Assembly: GCF_009834535.1 (NCBI RefSeq)
Contig: NC_045697.1
Location: 5,272,001-5,336,000, forward strand
Reading direction: 5' to 3'
Source of the DNA: Camelus ferus
Taxonomy: Eukaryota
DNA length: 64,000 bases
Shown here one piece after another: positions 23,741 through 36,049 of the stretch (within the stretch, counting starts at the first letter, position 1; every line of letters starts with the position of its first letter). Under the pieces are notes generated by a model. That model worked only from the letters and a program-made list of their open reading frames with translations. It did no database searches and was not told the origin of the DNA. Position numbers and translations under genes: made by a program.

Positions 23741-24589
23741 CTCAGCGGCACTGTACGGAGTCCGTGGGCGGTGAATGTGTTGATGCCGTCAGCTTGGCAG
23801 GTCCAAGGGATCGCGCTGGAGGAAGCACCTCCTGAGCTGGGTTTTGAGGGATGAATGGGCATTTTCCAGGGAGTGCTAGACAGACGGAAGAGGCTACGCA
23901 AAGCTACGAAGAGGAACACAATGTGTTTGGCAAGCTGCAAACTTCGCAATATGGCTGGATTGTGAAATTTCCGGGGAGGAGGGTGGCTGGCATGAACTAG
24001 AGGCTCAGGGGATGTCTCTGCCTTTAGTCATTTCATTCTGCAGAGCAATGGTTCATGGGTACAAGTTGTATCCAACAGCAGCTGCTTACAGAGTAAATGC
24101 CCAGTAGGCTTGGTCATTATCACTGTGACTGCGTTCACAAGGAGGTGTAATGACGTCACGTTGCCTACTTTCCAGGGCGCTGGGGAGGCTCTGGTGAGAT
24201 GATGCGTAAGGAAATTCTTTGCAAATCAAAGGACCAACTCAACCCACCTCTTGAGCAGTAAGTAGTCTGCTGTCTGGATAAGGGGACGGGTCAAGGGGTC
24301 AGGCCCAAGGGCTCCAGTGCTCCGGGCATGGGTGCTAGCTGACCTGTTTGGTCCTCACCAGCTTCATCCATCAAACCATCCAGTGGGATGAGGGAAGATG
24401 CCAGGGTTCGTTTCCCATCTGTGATCAGCTTGACTCCAAGCCCACACTCCACACCCAGCGTTCTGGAAAAGGGAGAAATGGCCCTCGGGGGCCAAAGAAT
24501 ACAATACCCTTGGATGCCCCTGGCTTTGTGAGACTGTCTGAAAGGGCTTTATCACTGTGCGCAGCGCCTGCCAAAGTCAAACCGAAGCC

Positions 24590-24810
24590 CTTCCCAGGAA
24601 ATTCTTGGCTCTGCCTGTAAGCAGCCCGTCTCGTGGAATTAATTTTAGCCTATATGATGCGAGAGCCATGCAAACAGAGACATATAAAACAGCACCCCAA
24701 GCCTTCGCACGGCAATAAATACTGCGCCGCGCTGAATTTATGTGCGTTGCGCTTCTGCCCCCTGCGAGAGAGCATAAAAGCCATCCTGAGTGGGAGCTGG
24801 AAGATTAAGA
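24590..24810. promoter_or_regulatory. Candidate enhancer (homeodomain motif cluster with local CpG retention)
   Basis: AATTAATT, CATATAAAA 24681, GCAATAAA 24712, TTTATG 24737, GCATAAAA 24772 and several CpGs. Confidence 0.45.
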
Positions 24811-25189
24811 GGCTCCTGGTGCCATGGGCCCCACTCAAGGAGCTTGTGTCCTCTTCCCAAGCTCGTTCCATCTTTCTGCTTGGACTGTGGGTTTCCAGGC
24901 TGGGGCTCCAGCCTTTGTGGGGCAGGCAGCCAAGGTGGAGGTGATCTGCAAGGGCTGTGTAAGCACAGGCGGAACCATCTCCTCGGCTCCAAGCAAACCC
25001 ACTGGGGAAGGGGTGCTGGGGAGGGCGTTTGCATCCTGGAGTCACTGGGCCGTAGCCTGCAATGCTGGAAAGAGGCTTTGAGATCATCAAGCTGGTGATT
25101 TCAGAGGTTTTTAAATGCCTCCATCAAGGTCACACAACAAATTAAATGGAAAGACTGGCCTTTGGCATCATGGTGGAGGAGACCAGCTT

Positions 25190-25410
25190 GAGGATTTGGA
25201 GTCAGAGAGGTCTGGGTTCAAACAATTCCTCGTTTTCTGACCTCATGCAAGTTGTTTCAACTCTGTGCTTTGGTTCCCCTGTTTGTAAAATGAATGAGAG
25301 CAGCACTGTATACTGGGAATTCTGGAAGAATTAACTCAGATGGTGTATGTTCAGCAAAGCCTTAACACCTGGCATGTGGTAAGTGCCCAAGAAACAGCGG
25401 CTGTTGTTGT
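25190..25410 (+). mobile_element. MIR SINE
   Basis: tggagtcagagaggtctgggttcaaa...tgtaaaatg...cctggcatgtggtaagtgccca. Confidence 0.7.
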
Positions 25411-25436
25411 TACGGTGTCCGAGTAAAGGCACATCT

Positions 25437-25620
25437 TTGTTGGGGTGTCCCCCAAGCAGAGACACAGACAGAAGCCCTTTATTTGGAAGACGATCCCAGG
25501 AGGCAGGAATGAGGGAACATAGGAAATGAGACAAGCAAGGAAGAAAAACTAGTGCAAGGGTCCGTTATCATGGGTGCTACTGTGGGCGATGGGAGCCCAA
25601 TCCTCCCAGGGGACTTTAGG
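25437..25620 (-). mobile_element. ERVL LTR33-like fragment
   Basis: ccccaagcagagac...tttatttggaagacgatcccaggaggcagga. Confidence 0.5.
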
Positions 25621-26334
25621 GAGAATATGATAAAAAACTTCATTAAAGGATGTTAAAAAGAGCGAAGTAAATGAAGAGTGATAGCGTGTAAACTTCTAGG
25701 AGAACTCCATGTTGCCTTATACTCAGTTAGGGATGGATCAGGACAACAGGAACCACCCCAGGTGCTTTAGACAGGAAGAGGTGCAGTACAGGAACTGGAA
25801 GTTTCCATTGTCTTTGGCAAGTTGGGGGAGGAAAGCTCTGGAAGGGCACTTTTGAGAATTCTGGGGTCTCAGAGATCATGCAAAAGATACTTGTGACCCT
25901 GATGTGAGTGATGTTTATGATGCTCAAAGCTACAGTCAAAACTGCATCTGTGCTCTGTAATGCCCCCTGACCTGAGGTCTCTGGAGCATAAATACTGCTG
26001 CTCTTCCTTCTACCCAGGTTCATGCCAGTGCTGCTCACAGGTGGACTCTAACAGGACCAGAGGCCAAAGGAGTCTAGGAAATGTAGTTTGCAGGCCTCAC
26101 AGTCCTGAGTATAAGAAAGAGCCTGGGATGGCAAAGCCAGTCCTGGGAATGAACACACAATACTCGGTATAGTCATAGACATCAACCCCTGCATCCGGGC
26201 TTATCTATAAATGAAATGAGATGCCAGTTAAATCCTCAAGGATGATAAGATTCATAAAGATGAATAAAGGTCCAAGGAAAACCAAGACAAAGTTGAAGAA
26301 AAAGGAGGGAGAGGAACAGGGGGAGGAGGAAAGG

Positions 26335-26887
26335 TGTGTTGGGGTCTCCATGACCACCCTTAGCCTCAAGGATTTACTAGGAAGAACACAGGACTCAGTA
26401 TACGGTCATCCTTACAGCTATGACTTATTACAGGGAAGGGATACAAGGCAAAATAGGCAAAGGGAAAAGGCAGTGGGTGAAGTCCAGAGGAAACCAGGAG
26501 CAAGCTTCCACAACCCGCTTCCAGTGGATGCGTGCAGAATGAACTTAATTTCTCTAGCAGCAAGTTGTGACAACACATGTGACATGCTGTCCACCAGGGA
26601 AGATCTTTTGAGACTCAGCATCCAAAGTTTTTATTGGGGGCTGGTCACACAGGCTTCCCCTGCCTGGAACATACCAAGATTCCAGAGTCCCAGAAGAGAA
26701 GCAGGTCAATATGAACTGTATGATTTGTACAAATTGTTTCTGCACAGTGAGACAGTCTTATCAATTATGGGAAGGGTGGAACCCTCCTGAAGTCCAAGTT
26801 CCCAGGTGCCAGCCAAGGGCCAACTTTGCAAGCAGGTCTTTCTAGGATACCAGCCTCAAGACTACTGTGTTAATTCTTTTCTGTATA
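26335..26887 (-). mobile_element. ERVL solo LTR, MER68/MER21-like, inserted in an old L1M
   Basis: ggggtctccatgaccaccc...caagttgtgacaacacatgtga...gccagccaagggccaactttgcaagcagg...tgttaattctttttctgtata. Confidence 0.8.
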
Positions 26888-26889
26888 AA

Positions 26890-27930
26890 GGGAAACTGAC
26901 TCTGCCAGATACAAAACTTATTATAACACGATGTTAATGAAAATGGTGTAGTGTTAGCCCAGAAATGAGAAATATGTTAATGGAGAGACTAAAGAAAATG
27001 CCAGAAGTAGACGCCCCATCCTTACATGTTGGTACAAAGCTAGCATTACATCATTAGAGAAAGAGTATCATTCCAGAAATGGTTTTGCAACAATAAAATG
27101 GTTTTTTATATGTTTGGTAAAAATGGCTTTGTAACAATGAAAATTAAATTAGATCTCTTTCTCATTCTTCTCATAAAAATATATGCTTCCTGGACAAAAG
27201 ACTACAATATAAATAATAAGACAAATATTCTCAAGAAATATAATATATTTAGTGCTGTTCATGGTATGTTAAAACACACACAAAAATATAGGAAATCTTC
27301 AGAATTGGATTTGGCAATAGTTTCTTTCACCAAAAGCATAAGCTACAAGAGAAAAAGTAGATAATTGGACTTCATCAAAATTAAAAACTTTTGCGCATTG
27401 AAGGACACTATCAACAGAATGAAGAGGAATCCCATGGAATAGGAGAAAATATTTGTGAATCATATATTTATAAAGGATTGATATCTAAAATGTATAAAGA
27501 AATTCTCCAACAAGGAGCCCAATATAAAAAATGGGCAAAGGGATTAAACAGACTTCTCTCCAGTGGTTGTAAGAAAAAGACAAACATTATAGTAGAAAAT
27601 AAATGGACCAAATATATGGGAAAGCAGTTTACAGAACAGAAAATCCATACGGTCTATAAACATCTAAGAAGATGCTCTTTCTCACTAGGGATCATAAAAG
27701 TGCACAGTCCAACAATAATGATATCATATTACTGTTTCTGGACAAACAGTCGACCAACATTGATGTGATGTGGGCAGATGGGAACTTCCACACAACACCA
27801 GGAGAATAAGCTGATGCAGCCACTCAAGAATGAGTGATATTTAGTGAAAGTGAAAATGCACACAGCGTAGAGAAGCTAGTTCTAATACACATAACTGACA
27901 AAGGATTAGTACCAAAAATATATAAAGAAC
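26890..27930 (+). mobile_element. Old L1M ORF2 fragments
   Basis: ttggacttcatcaaaattaaaaacttttg, ggagaaaatatttgtgaatcatat, aaatgggcaaagg. Confidence 0.75.
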
Positions 27931-28043
27931 CCTTAGCAGTGCCCACAGAGCCATCTAATGGCTGGGTTGCAGCCACTGTTAGCTCCCACATGAAGCCTGA
28001 AACCCCACTAAAGAAAACCAAGAAGTGCCATGAACTTGGGACT

Positions 28044-28400
28044 TGTCTCATTTGGCTCAGGCTGCTGTAACAGAATACCGTAGACTGGGGGCTTTGAACA
28101 ACAGACATTTATTTCTCACAGTTTGGGAGGCTAGAAGTCAGAGTCAGAGTACTGGTATAATCAGGTTCAGATGAGGGCTCTCCTCCTGGTTAACAGACAG
28201 CTGCCTTCTCATTGTATCCTCACACAGGGGAGAGAGAGCACATCCTCTCCTGCCTCTTCTTATAAGGGCACTAATCCCATCAGGGGGCCCCACCCTCATG
28301 ACCTAACTGTCACCCAAAGGCCCCCACCTCCTAATACCATCACCCTGGGGATGGGGGTTTCAACATGAATTTGTGGGGAGACACTAACATTCAGTCTACC
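28044..28400 (-). mobile_element. MaLR LTR, MLT1A-like
   Basis: caggctgctgtaacagaatacc...tttatttctcacag...cttataagggcactaatcccat...tttcaacatgaattt. Confidence 0.88.
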
Positions 28401-28562
28401 TTCCCTCTCTAAGCCTCAGTTTCTGCATCTGTACTGTGGGGACATCATATGCATCTGCCTCACAAGATTGTAGAGAAAATGGGCTCCTGGCACATGGCAA
28501 TTACTGGGTAAATGTTGGTGCCTTCTGGTCATTAGTGCAGTACTCTTACCCCAGACGTTTAC

Positions 28563-29036
28563 TGTCGGGGGACAAGGTGGGCCGGTGTTGCAGGTGGTAA
28601 AAGAATTTACCAGAGATGAAGGGGGAGAATAGGAAAGAAGTTTGTTAGCTTACACTGTCATAGATACCAGCAAGCCACACAGATGAGAGGTGCCTGTGTG
28701 AGCACCGGGGGGCGGCTGCTGAGGTCTTTTAAGGGTAAGGGGTTGGTGAATGCAATGGGGCTGTGTGCATGCACAGATCTCTGATTGGCTGTAGGTGAGG
28801 TAAGAGGTTTAGGGTCCCTAAAGGGGCAGTGAGGTTTATGGCTTTGATAAAGTGGGCTGAAATGAACCAGCCTAAGCTATTGTGAGATTAGGCATTCTCT
28901 AGGGCTATTCCTTTGTTAGGGGAAACAGGCCCAGCAAAGAGTGTACTTTATCTATTGAGGAATCACAGGCAGATAGCTGAGAGCCCAGGAATGGGGGTTG
29001 TAGGACGCCAGTTGAAGGACGCCAGTTGGCCCCACA
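28563..29036 (-). mobile_element. Complete solo LTR, class III/ERVL-type
   Basis: TG...CA termini with perfect 5-bp TSD tttac (28558-28562 / 29037-29041); gcaggtggtaaaagaatttacc motif; CCAAT box on the minus strand. Confidence 0.85.
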
Positions 29037-29884
29037 TTTACCAGCTCTGAAGAGGAAAATCAAACTTAGCAGATGCTGTCTTCGTCCATGACCTTTCTCT
29101 CAAATGGGAGGTAAAACTCCAGGACTTCATAAAACAAGATGACCAACAGAGAATAAGCAGTGACTCATACTTGTCATGACACAGATTTAATAATTGAGGC
29201 TCAGAGAGCGACTTGCTAAAGGTCACACAACACACAATTGAGAGGAGTTGGAATAAGCCTTCTAGACTGTTCCTTGCCCTAGCTCCATATCGCGAACTCT
29301 GTCATGCCCCTTCAGGCTGCAGGAACTTGCTGAATCTGGTGGCTATGCAGATTTTCCTTCCAAACAAGCTCTCCTAGAAACCCCACCCCAGGTCAGGTGA
29401 CGAGCTCAGAGACAAAGACAGTGAGCTGAGGCTGTGTTCCCTGACTCACACAGAGGTGGCTCCCAGGGCAGAGTCTGGCTGGAGCACCTGTGAGTCACTA
29501 AACTTGGCCCAAGGTTGTTGCCTGGAGGGCGGGGTTCCGAAGCCCCCTTTCAGGAAGTGCCCGCAAGGGACAGCTCAGGTTATGACTGGGTCCTGGGCTC
29601 CAGGGTGCCTCTGTGTCATCGTGTGCACATTTGCATATGTTTTAAAAGGCTCAACGTTCTGTTAACTGGGAGAGGGAAAGTTGGCTGTCTGTGCATTTCA
29701 CATACAGGGTTTCACAGTAATGTTGTAAAGTGCGTATCATAAATCCCTGTTCTTCAGATGCAGAAACTCACCTTCAGAGATGGAATGTCACCTGCTCATG
29801 TCCACACAGCAAGTAAGGGGCAGAGCTGGGACTGGGCCTTGGTGTCTCAGACCCCAGAGCTGCTGCTCTGTTTGCTCCTTTCTC

Positions 29885-30250
29885 TGTGTTGGACGTGGTC
29901 CTCCAAAAAGCAAACACCAAAATGGGATCAAATGTGCAAAGATCTTTTTGGGGAGCCACCTGTGAGAGAAGCCAGGAAGGCTGGGGCAGCCGCCCGAACA
30001 GGATGCAGTCTGCCCCAGCCATGGAGAGAGCACAGGAAGGTTGGCAGAAACCAGGTAAGTAGGCTGTGCCATCTCGAGAAGTCTCCACAAGCCCACTGAG
30101 GAATCTTCAAGTCAAAGTCAGCTGTCAAAAAAGTTCAGTTTCACCCAGACATGGTGATGAACTTCAGAGCAAGCACAACTGCTGAGGCACTTGGCCCATG
30201 AAGCTCCCTGTGGCTGGAGGTCTTCAAGGCACGTCCTCATGATCACCGCA
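29885..30250 (-). mobile_element. ERVL LTR16-like relic
   Basis: aaagcaaacaccaaaatgggatcaaatgtgcaaagatctttttgggg...cctgtgaga. Confidence 0.45.
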
Positions 30251-30391
30251 CTGTCTGATTCCCCTGCAGCGAACTGGCTCAGCATTTTGGAAAGCTGTCC
30301 AGCAATATATCTCAGGAGCCTTAAATGATTCTGCCCTTTCCCCCAGAAACTCCCCTTCCAACAAATTATTCTAAGAGAACATGGCCCTTAA

Positions 30392-30893
30392 GTATATACA
30401 CACATACATGCATGTGTGTATGCACAATACATATACATTTGCACAACACACACAAACACATATGTACACATATAACACACATCCTAAACACATACATAAC
30501 CCCACAGCAAAACATATAACTCACACACATACACACGTGTACATGCATAACACACACACAAGCACACATATACACACACAGAACACATAGACATGTAAAT
30601 ACATATGTAACATGCATACCCACAGGAATACTATATACACATGCATAACCTACATACGCACAAGCACACATACAGACGTACACATGACATACACAACATA
30701 CATACACGTACAGAACATGCATGCATGCAGGACTAATATACACATATATGAGGCATATAGGCAGAAACAACATACCATGCAAACATGTATGATACAAACA
30801 ACACATGTGCACATGTGTGTGCACACGTGCACAGGTAATACATACAGGAACACACAAACATAACATAGGTGCACACACACAACATACTTGCAT
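30392..30893. repeat. About 500-bp degenerate (CA/CATA)n low-complexity tract
   Basis: Seen directly; accounts for the His/Thr- and Cys/Val/Met-rich ORFs here. Confidence 0.9.
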
Positions 30894-30922
30894 AGAAATG
30901 CTTTCTCTGATTGGTGTGGTGG

Positions 30923-31305
30923 TGTGTTGTGGCCACCTGCAGGGGCAATTGGATCCCATCCAAAATGTTCAAATGTTGAGAATGACACCACACATACACT
31001 AAAAAGTTGTATTACTCACATAATTGATTTCTCTAGGGAGAGCAGGGAAACCTCTCAAACAGGTCCTAAGTGGCTTGAGAGAGTCGGAGAGGAACCTGGC
31101 TCTGGGTTGTATTGCAGGTAGGGGGTGGGATTTGCACCCCCACCTTCAGCAGGGATTTGCATGGTTTGAATCTCCGGCCATCACCAAAGGAGAGAACACC
31201 CCAATTTTCTTATCAGCTTGCCCAGATAAGGGGAAGAGGGAGGGGTGAGGCTTTAAAGCTGTCAGCAGTCAAACATCAAAAAACGGAACCCACTTTCTTG
31301 TTACA
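30923..31305 (-). mobile_element. ERVL solo LTR, MER76-like
   Basis: Ends gtgaggctttaaagctgtcagcagtcaaacatcaaaaa...ttaca. Confidence 0.7.
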
Positions 31306-31548
31306 GGGAGACTGACCTACACTTATCCATGTTCTGCCAAGGGGTGTATCAACGTATTAAAAGCTACCATTCCGCAGCTTCCTTCTCTCTCTCGCTTCTG
31401 AAGACTCACATGAGGCAGTGATCCTCCTGCAGCCGGCCAGGTGAGTGTCCGAGCTGCAGGTGAAATCTCCTGCAGGCGTCAGCAAACCTGGTTATGGTGG
31501 GGCAGACAAGCTGAATTCTCCCATCAACAACGAAGCAAGATTAAAGGC

Positions 31549-31659
31549 GGGGGTGGGTGTAGCTCAGTGGTAGAGCACACACTTAGCATACACGGGGCCC
31601 TGGGTTCAATCCCCTTTACCTCCACCAAAAAAAAAAAAAAGAAGAAGAAGAAGAAGAAG
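31549..31659 (+). mobile_element. tRNA-Ala-derived SINE (vic-1-like) with A/GAA tail
   Basis: A box tagctcagtgg, anticodon-like ttagcat, B box ggttcaatcc, poly(A) then (GAA)n. Confidence 0.88.
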
Positions 31660-32189
31660 CAAGGTCTGTCTGACCTCTGAGTCTGTTTTCAGACTTAAAC
31701 TTCTTAAGTCCCCAAATAAAAATATGCTGTTATATGCAATATGATATTAAGTACATAAAATTAAACATCAGCTTGAAGAAACAAGTACTGGAGTGTTAGC
31801 AGTGATTGTCCTTTTGTGATTATTTTCTCCCTTTTCTATATTTTCCAGTTTTCTTGAGTGTATATTACTTTGAAGAATAAAAAAATCATTTATTTAAAAT
31901 TTTTACTCAACATTATTCTTGATCTGAGGACTCCTTTGTAGCAGGAGGTAGTCCTATCATGGGCGAATGGAGAGCGGAGAATGGAAAAGAAGGAAAAATT
32001 TGACATTCTCCAACCGATCTGTTACTTTTAACCCTCAATTGAAAGTTGCTATCAATGTGAAGCTTTCCAAGGAAAGATCCTTGGGCCGAGAAAAAGCTAT
32101 TTAAAAGTTTATTTTGCTTTTTGCAAAGTTTATTTTCCATTTATTAAAGGTAAATATCCTAACCCTAATCTTTTCTTTAATGTTCTGTA

Positions 32190-32620
32190 AATATATTAGT
32201 GATGTCTAGGCAAAATTTTGTCCCAATATGGAGTGGCCCAACACCACAGAAGTGTATTTGTTTGCTTATGTGACTTGCCGTGCTGGGACAGCACAAGTGA
32301 GGACTCGGGGATGGGAGTGCCCCATGGTCCATGAGGTCATTCAGGGACCCAGGCTGACCAAGGTTTGACTGTCCAACCAGTGGCTTGCAAATTTGCCTTG
32401 GTCATCTGCATTCCAGCCATAGGAAGGGAAAGAAATGAAGGCCCATGAGAGGTTTTCATGGGCCAAGACTGGAAATGAACCACATCACTTCTGTTCAGTT
32501 CCATTTGGCTGGAACGCAGTCATTTGGCCATAACTAACTGTAAGGGGCTGGGGAAAGGTAACACCCACCAAGGAAGAAGAGAAGCAGATCTCATTAAGCC
32601 ACCAGCACCTTCTACCAGAG
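32190..32620 (-). mobile_element. Old MaLR LTR (MLT1J/K-like)
   Basis: cagggacccaggctgac...catcacttctgttcagttccatttggctggaacgcagtcatttggcca. Confidence 0.6.
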
Positions 32621-33990
32621 TTTACAAGGCATTTTTATGCCCAGCAAACTTAAACAATAAAGTATGAGAGATCCAAAAATAATACTTGGTCTTACTCACC
32701 AAGTTAAATAATTCCACGTCTTCAAAACTTTGAATTACATTTGTAAATTGCTTACACTTGATTTGTTTTTAAGTATTTCAATGGTCTGACAAACTCTCCC
32801 AATGTTGAAATAATTCTTATAAATCAAACTTATAAAAACAATGAACTAATAATTTTTTATATATACACACAAAATCTTACACTATTTCCACTTAAAATCA
32901 CAAGTATGATTATTTAACTGCACATTTAAGTGGAGCTAAAAGACTATCACTCTAAAACACTAAATTCTCTTAATACCAAATTTACGTAGATTTCTTAATA
33001 TGAAAAAAAAATTGGTGGGTTTTGATTTTCTTAAATAAATTGGCAGAATTCTGCGATTTGTTTATGTATGGGACTCTTTCCTGGGAACACTTAGCACCAA
33101 GCCCACTGAATAATGCCAGGTTTTGAGTATGATTATTGACTTAGAAACAATGAAAGGTAGTTGGAGGGGGTCTTGAGAAGGATCAGCAGTCCCTGATTGG
33201 CAGTGACTGCAGGAAACAGCACTGGAATTTCAGGGAACAGGAGGCTAACCTCCTCAGATAGGGGAGAAAGGGCTGCTTCTGCTTACAAAAGACGCTTGGC
33301 AAAGTTAAGGAGCTCAAGGTTGTCATTGGAATCTGCCCATATGTCCATGATCCAATTTTCAAGGCCCCACTTTTTCCCAATCAATGCCATAAATTTAACA
33401 TAAAATAATTTTAAAAAATCCCTGAATGTTTATAGTAACCTTATTCTTCACAGCCAAGACTGGAGATATCCCATGTGTCCACTAAGAGGAACACAGGTCA
33501 ACAAGCTGTGGTATTAGAGAATGGTATAGAACTCAGGAAATTTAAAAAATGAACTACTGTTAAAGCTGCCAAACAAGGGTAATTTCTAAAGTATTATGTG
33601 AGTGAAAGAAGCCTTATACAAAAGGATACGTACTGTAGGATTCGATTTATATGACATTTCTATAACAGGTGAATCTAATCTATGACAGAAGAAAACAGAA
33701 GTTGCCTTTGGAGGTGGGGGTCATGGACTGACTGAGAAGGGGCATGAGGAGTATTGGGGGTAATGTTCTACATCTTGATAAAGTTTTGGGTTATGTAAGT
33801 GTATGTATTTGTTAAAACTCACCAGAAGGAGTCTTAAGATTTGTGTGTTTTATTGTATGTATACTTTATATCAAAAGAAAAATCTATAAACGAATGTTAA
33901 AATTTAGGCGCTGATATGCCTGCTGACATATTTAGGAAAAGAGTACAGGTGTCTGTAGTTTGCCTTAAAATGCATCAACAAATTTGGATG

Positions 33991-35849
33991 TAGCACCAAG
34001 TAATAAATTACCTAGGAATAAATCTAACAAAGTAGGTGAAAGACTTATACACGGAGAACTATAAACCATTGATTAAGGAAATAAAAGAAGACTTAAAAAA
34101 ATGGAAAGATATTCCACGCTCCTGGATTGGAAGAATCAATATTGTTAAAATGGTCACACTGCCCAAGGCAATCTACAGATTTACTGCAATCCCTATCAAA
34201 TTACCCAGGACATATTTCACAGAGCCAGAACGAATCATAATAAAATTTGTATGGAACCACAAAAGACCTAGAATTGCCAAAGCATTACTGAAGAAAAATA
34301 AAGAAGCTGGAGGAATAACTCTCCCAGACTTCAGACAATATTATAGAGCTACAATAATGAAAACAGAATGGTATTGGTACAAAAACAGACATATGGACCA
34401 GTGGAACAAAATAAAGAGCCCAGAAATGAACCCACAAACTTTTGGTCAACTAATCTTCGACAAAGGAGGCAAGAATATACAATGGAATAAAGACAGTCTC
34501 TTCAGCCAATGGTGTTTGGAAAACTGGACAGCAGCATGTAAATCAATGAAGCTAGAACACTCCCTCCCACCATACACAAAAATAAACTCAAAATGGATCA
34601 AAGATGTAAACATAAGACAAGATACAATAAACCTCCTAGAAGAAAATATAGGCAAAACATTATCTCACATACATCTCAAAAATGTTCTTCTAGGGCAGTC
34701 TACCCAAGAAATAGAAATAAAAGCAAGAATAAACAAATGGGACCTAATGAAACTTACAAGCTTCTGCACAGCAAAGGAAACCATAAGCAAAACAAAAAGA
34801 CAACCTACAGAATGGGAAAAAATTTTTGCAAAAGATGAAACCGGCAAAGGCTTGATCTCCAGAATATATAAGCAGCTCATATGACTTAATAAGAAAAAAC
34901 AAACAACCCAATCCAAAAATGGGCTGAAGACCTAAACAAGCAATTCTCCAAGGAAGAAATACAAATGATCAATAGGCACATGAAAAATGTTCAATATCAC
35001 TAATTATCAGAGAAATGCTAATCAGGACTACAATGAGGTATCACCTTACACCAGTCAGAATGGCCATCATTCAAAAGTCCACACATGACAAATGCTGGAG
35101 AGGCTGTGGAGAAAAGGGAACCCTCCTACACTGCTGATGGGAATGCAGTTTAGTGCAGCCACTGTGGAAAACAGTATGGAGAGTCCTCAAAAGATTAGGA
35201 ATAGACTTACCATATGACCCAGGAATCCCACTCCTGGGCATATATCCAGAAGAAACCCTACTTCAAAAATATACCAGTGCCCCAATGTTCATAGCAGCAC
35301 TATTTACAATAGCCAAGACATGGAAACAACCTAGATGTCCATTGGCAGATGACTGGATAAAGAAGATATGGTATATTTATACAATGGAATACTATTCAGC
35401 CATAAAAATGACAACATAATGCCATTTGCAGCAACATGGGTGGAGAATGTCATTCTAAGTGAAGTAAGCCAGAAAGAGAAAGAAAAATACCATATGAGAT
35501 CCGTCATATGTGGAATCTAAAAACAAACAAAAAAGAACATAAATACAAAACAGAAACAGACTCATAGACATAGAATACAAACTTGTGGTTGCCAAGGGGT
35601 AGGGAGATGGGAAGGGACAGACTGGGAGTTTGAAATTTGTAGATACTGACAGACATATGTAGAATAGATAAACAAGATTATACTGTATAGCACAGGGAAA
35701 TATATACAAGATCTTGTCATAGCACACAGAGAAAAAGAATGCAACAATGAATATATGTAAGTTCATGTATAACTGAAAAATTGTACTCTACATTGGAAAT
35801 TGACACAACATTGTAAACTGACTATAACTCAATAAAAAACTTTTTTTTT
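33991..35849 (+). mobile_element. 1.86-kb 5'-truncated young L1
   Basis: Long ORF2 remnant, complete 3' UTR with AATAAA; TSD aatttggatg (33981-33990) / aatttgggtg (35850-35859). Confidence 0.95.
34036..35419 (+). pseudogene. L1 ORF2p C-terminal remnant (post-RT region to Cys-rich end), disrupted
   Basis: 282-aa frame [17 protein letters not shown]...[12 protein letters not shown]; stop at 34882-34884 and later disruptions; resumes QPLWKTVW...[10 protein letters not shown]. Confidence 0.92.
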
Positions 35850-36049
35850 AATTTGGGTGAATTTATGGATGGATACAGAGGTGGATATATGGATATATGT
35901 GTGACATAGCAATACTAAAGTAAAATATTAATTGTTAAGTCTTAATGGGATGGGTTGCTCACTATTGAATTCTTTCGATCTTTCTGTATGTTTGAATATT
36001 TTTACAAAAAATAATTTTAAATTTAAAAATAAATGTAAAACATAAAATG

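Larger units (their letters stand above)
33400..36045 (+). mobile_element. Old L1MC/L1ME 3' end, split by a young L1
   Basis: Sequence continues across the insertion: aaatgcatcaaca | ...tggatggatacagaggtggata...tttctgtatgtttgaatattttt. Confidence 0.7.

Noticed and set aside
24752..24770. CTCF-like ctcgcagggggcag (also partial matches near 12255 and 15075)
   Set aside because: Mismatches or an insertion at key core positions.
26221..26790. 189-aa ORF
   Set aside because: Runs from an L1 relic into the antisense strand of an LTR; no recognisable domain.
30366..30999. Cys/Val/Met- and His/Thr-rich ORFs
   Set aside because: Translation of CA/TG low-complexity sequence.
31549..31625. Functional tRNA-Ala gene (also at 45976, 56423 and 63555)
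   Set aside because: Imperfect stems, poly(A) tails and, in three copies, TSDs indicate SINEs.
34036..34884. Longest ORF (282 aa) as a host gene
   Set aside because: It is L1 ORF2 within a TSD-flanked truncated element, with no endonuclease or RT core and a premature stop.
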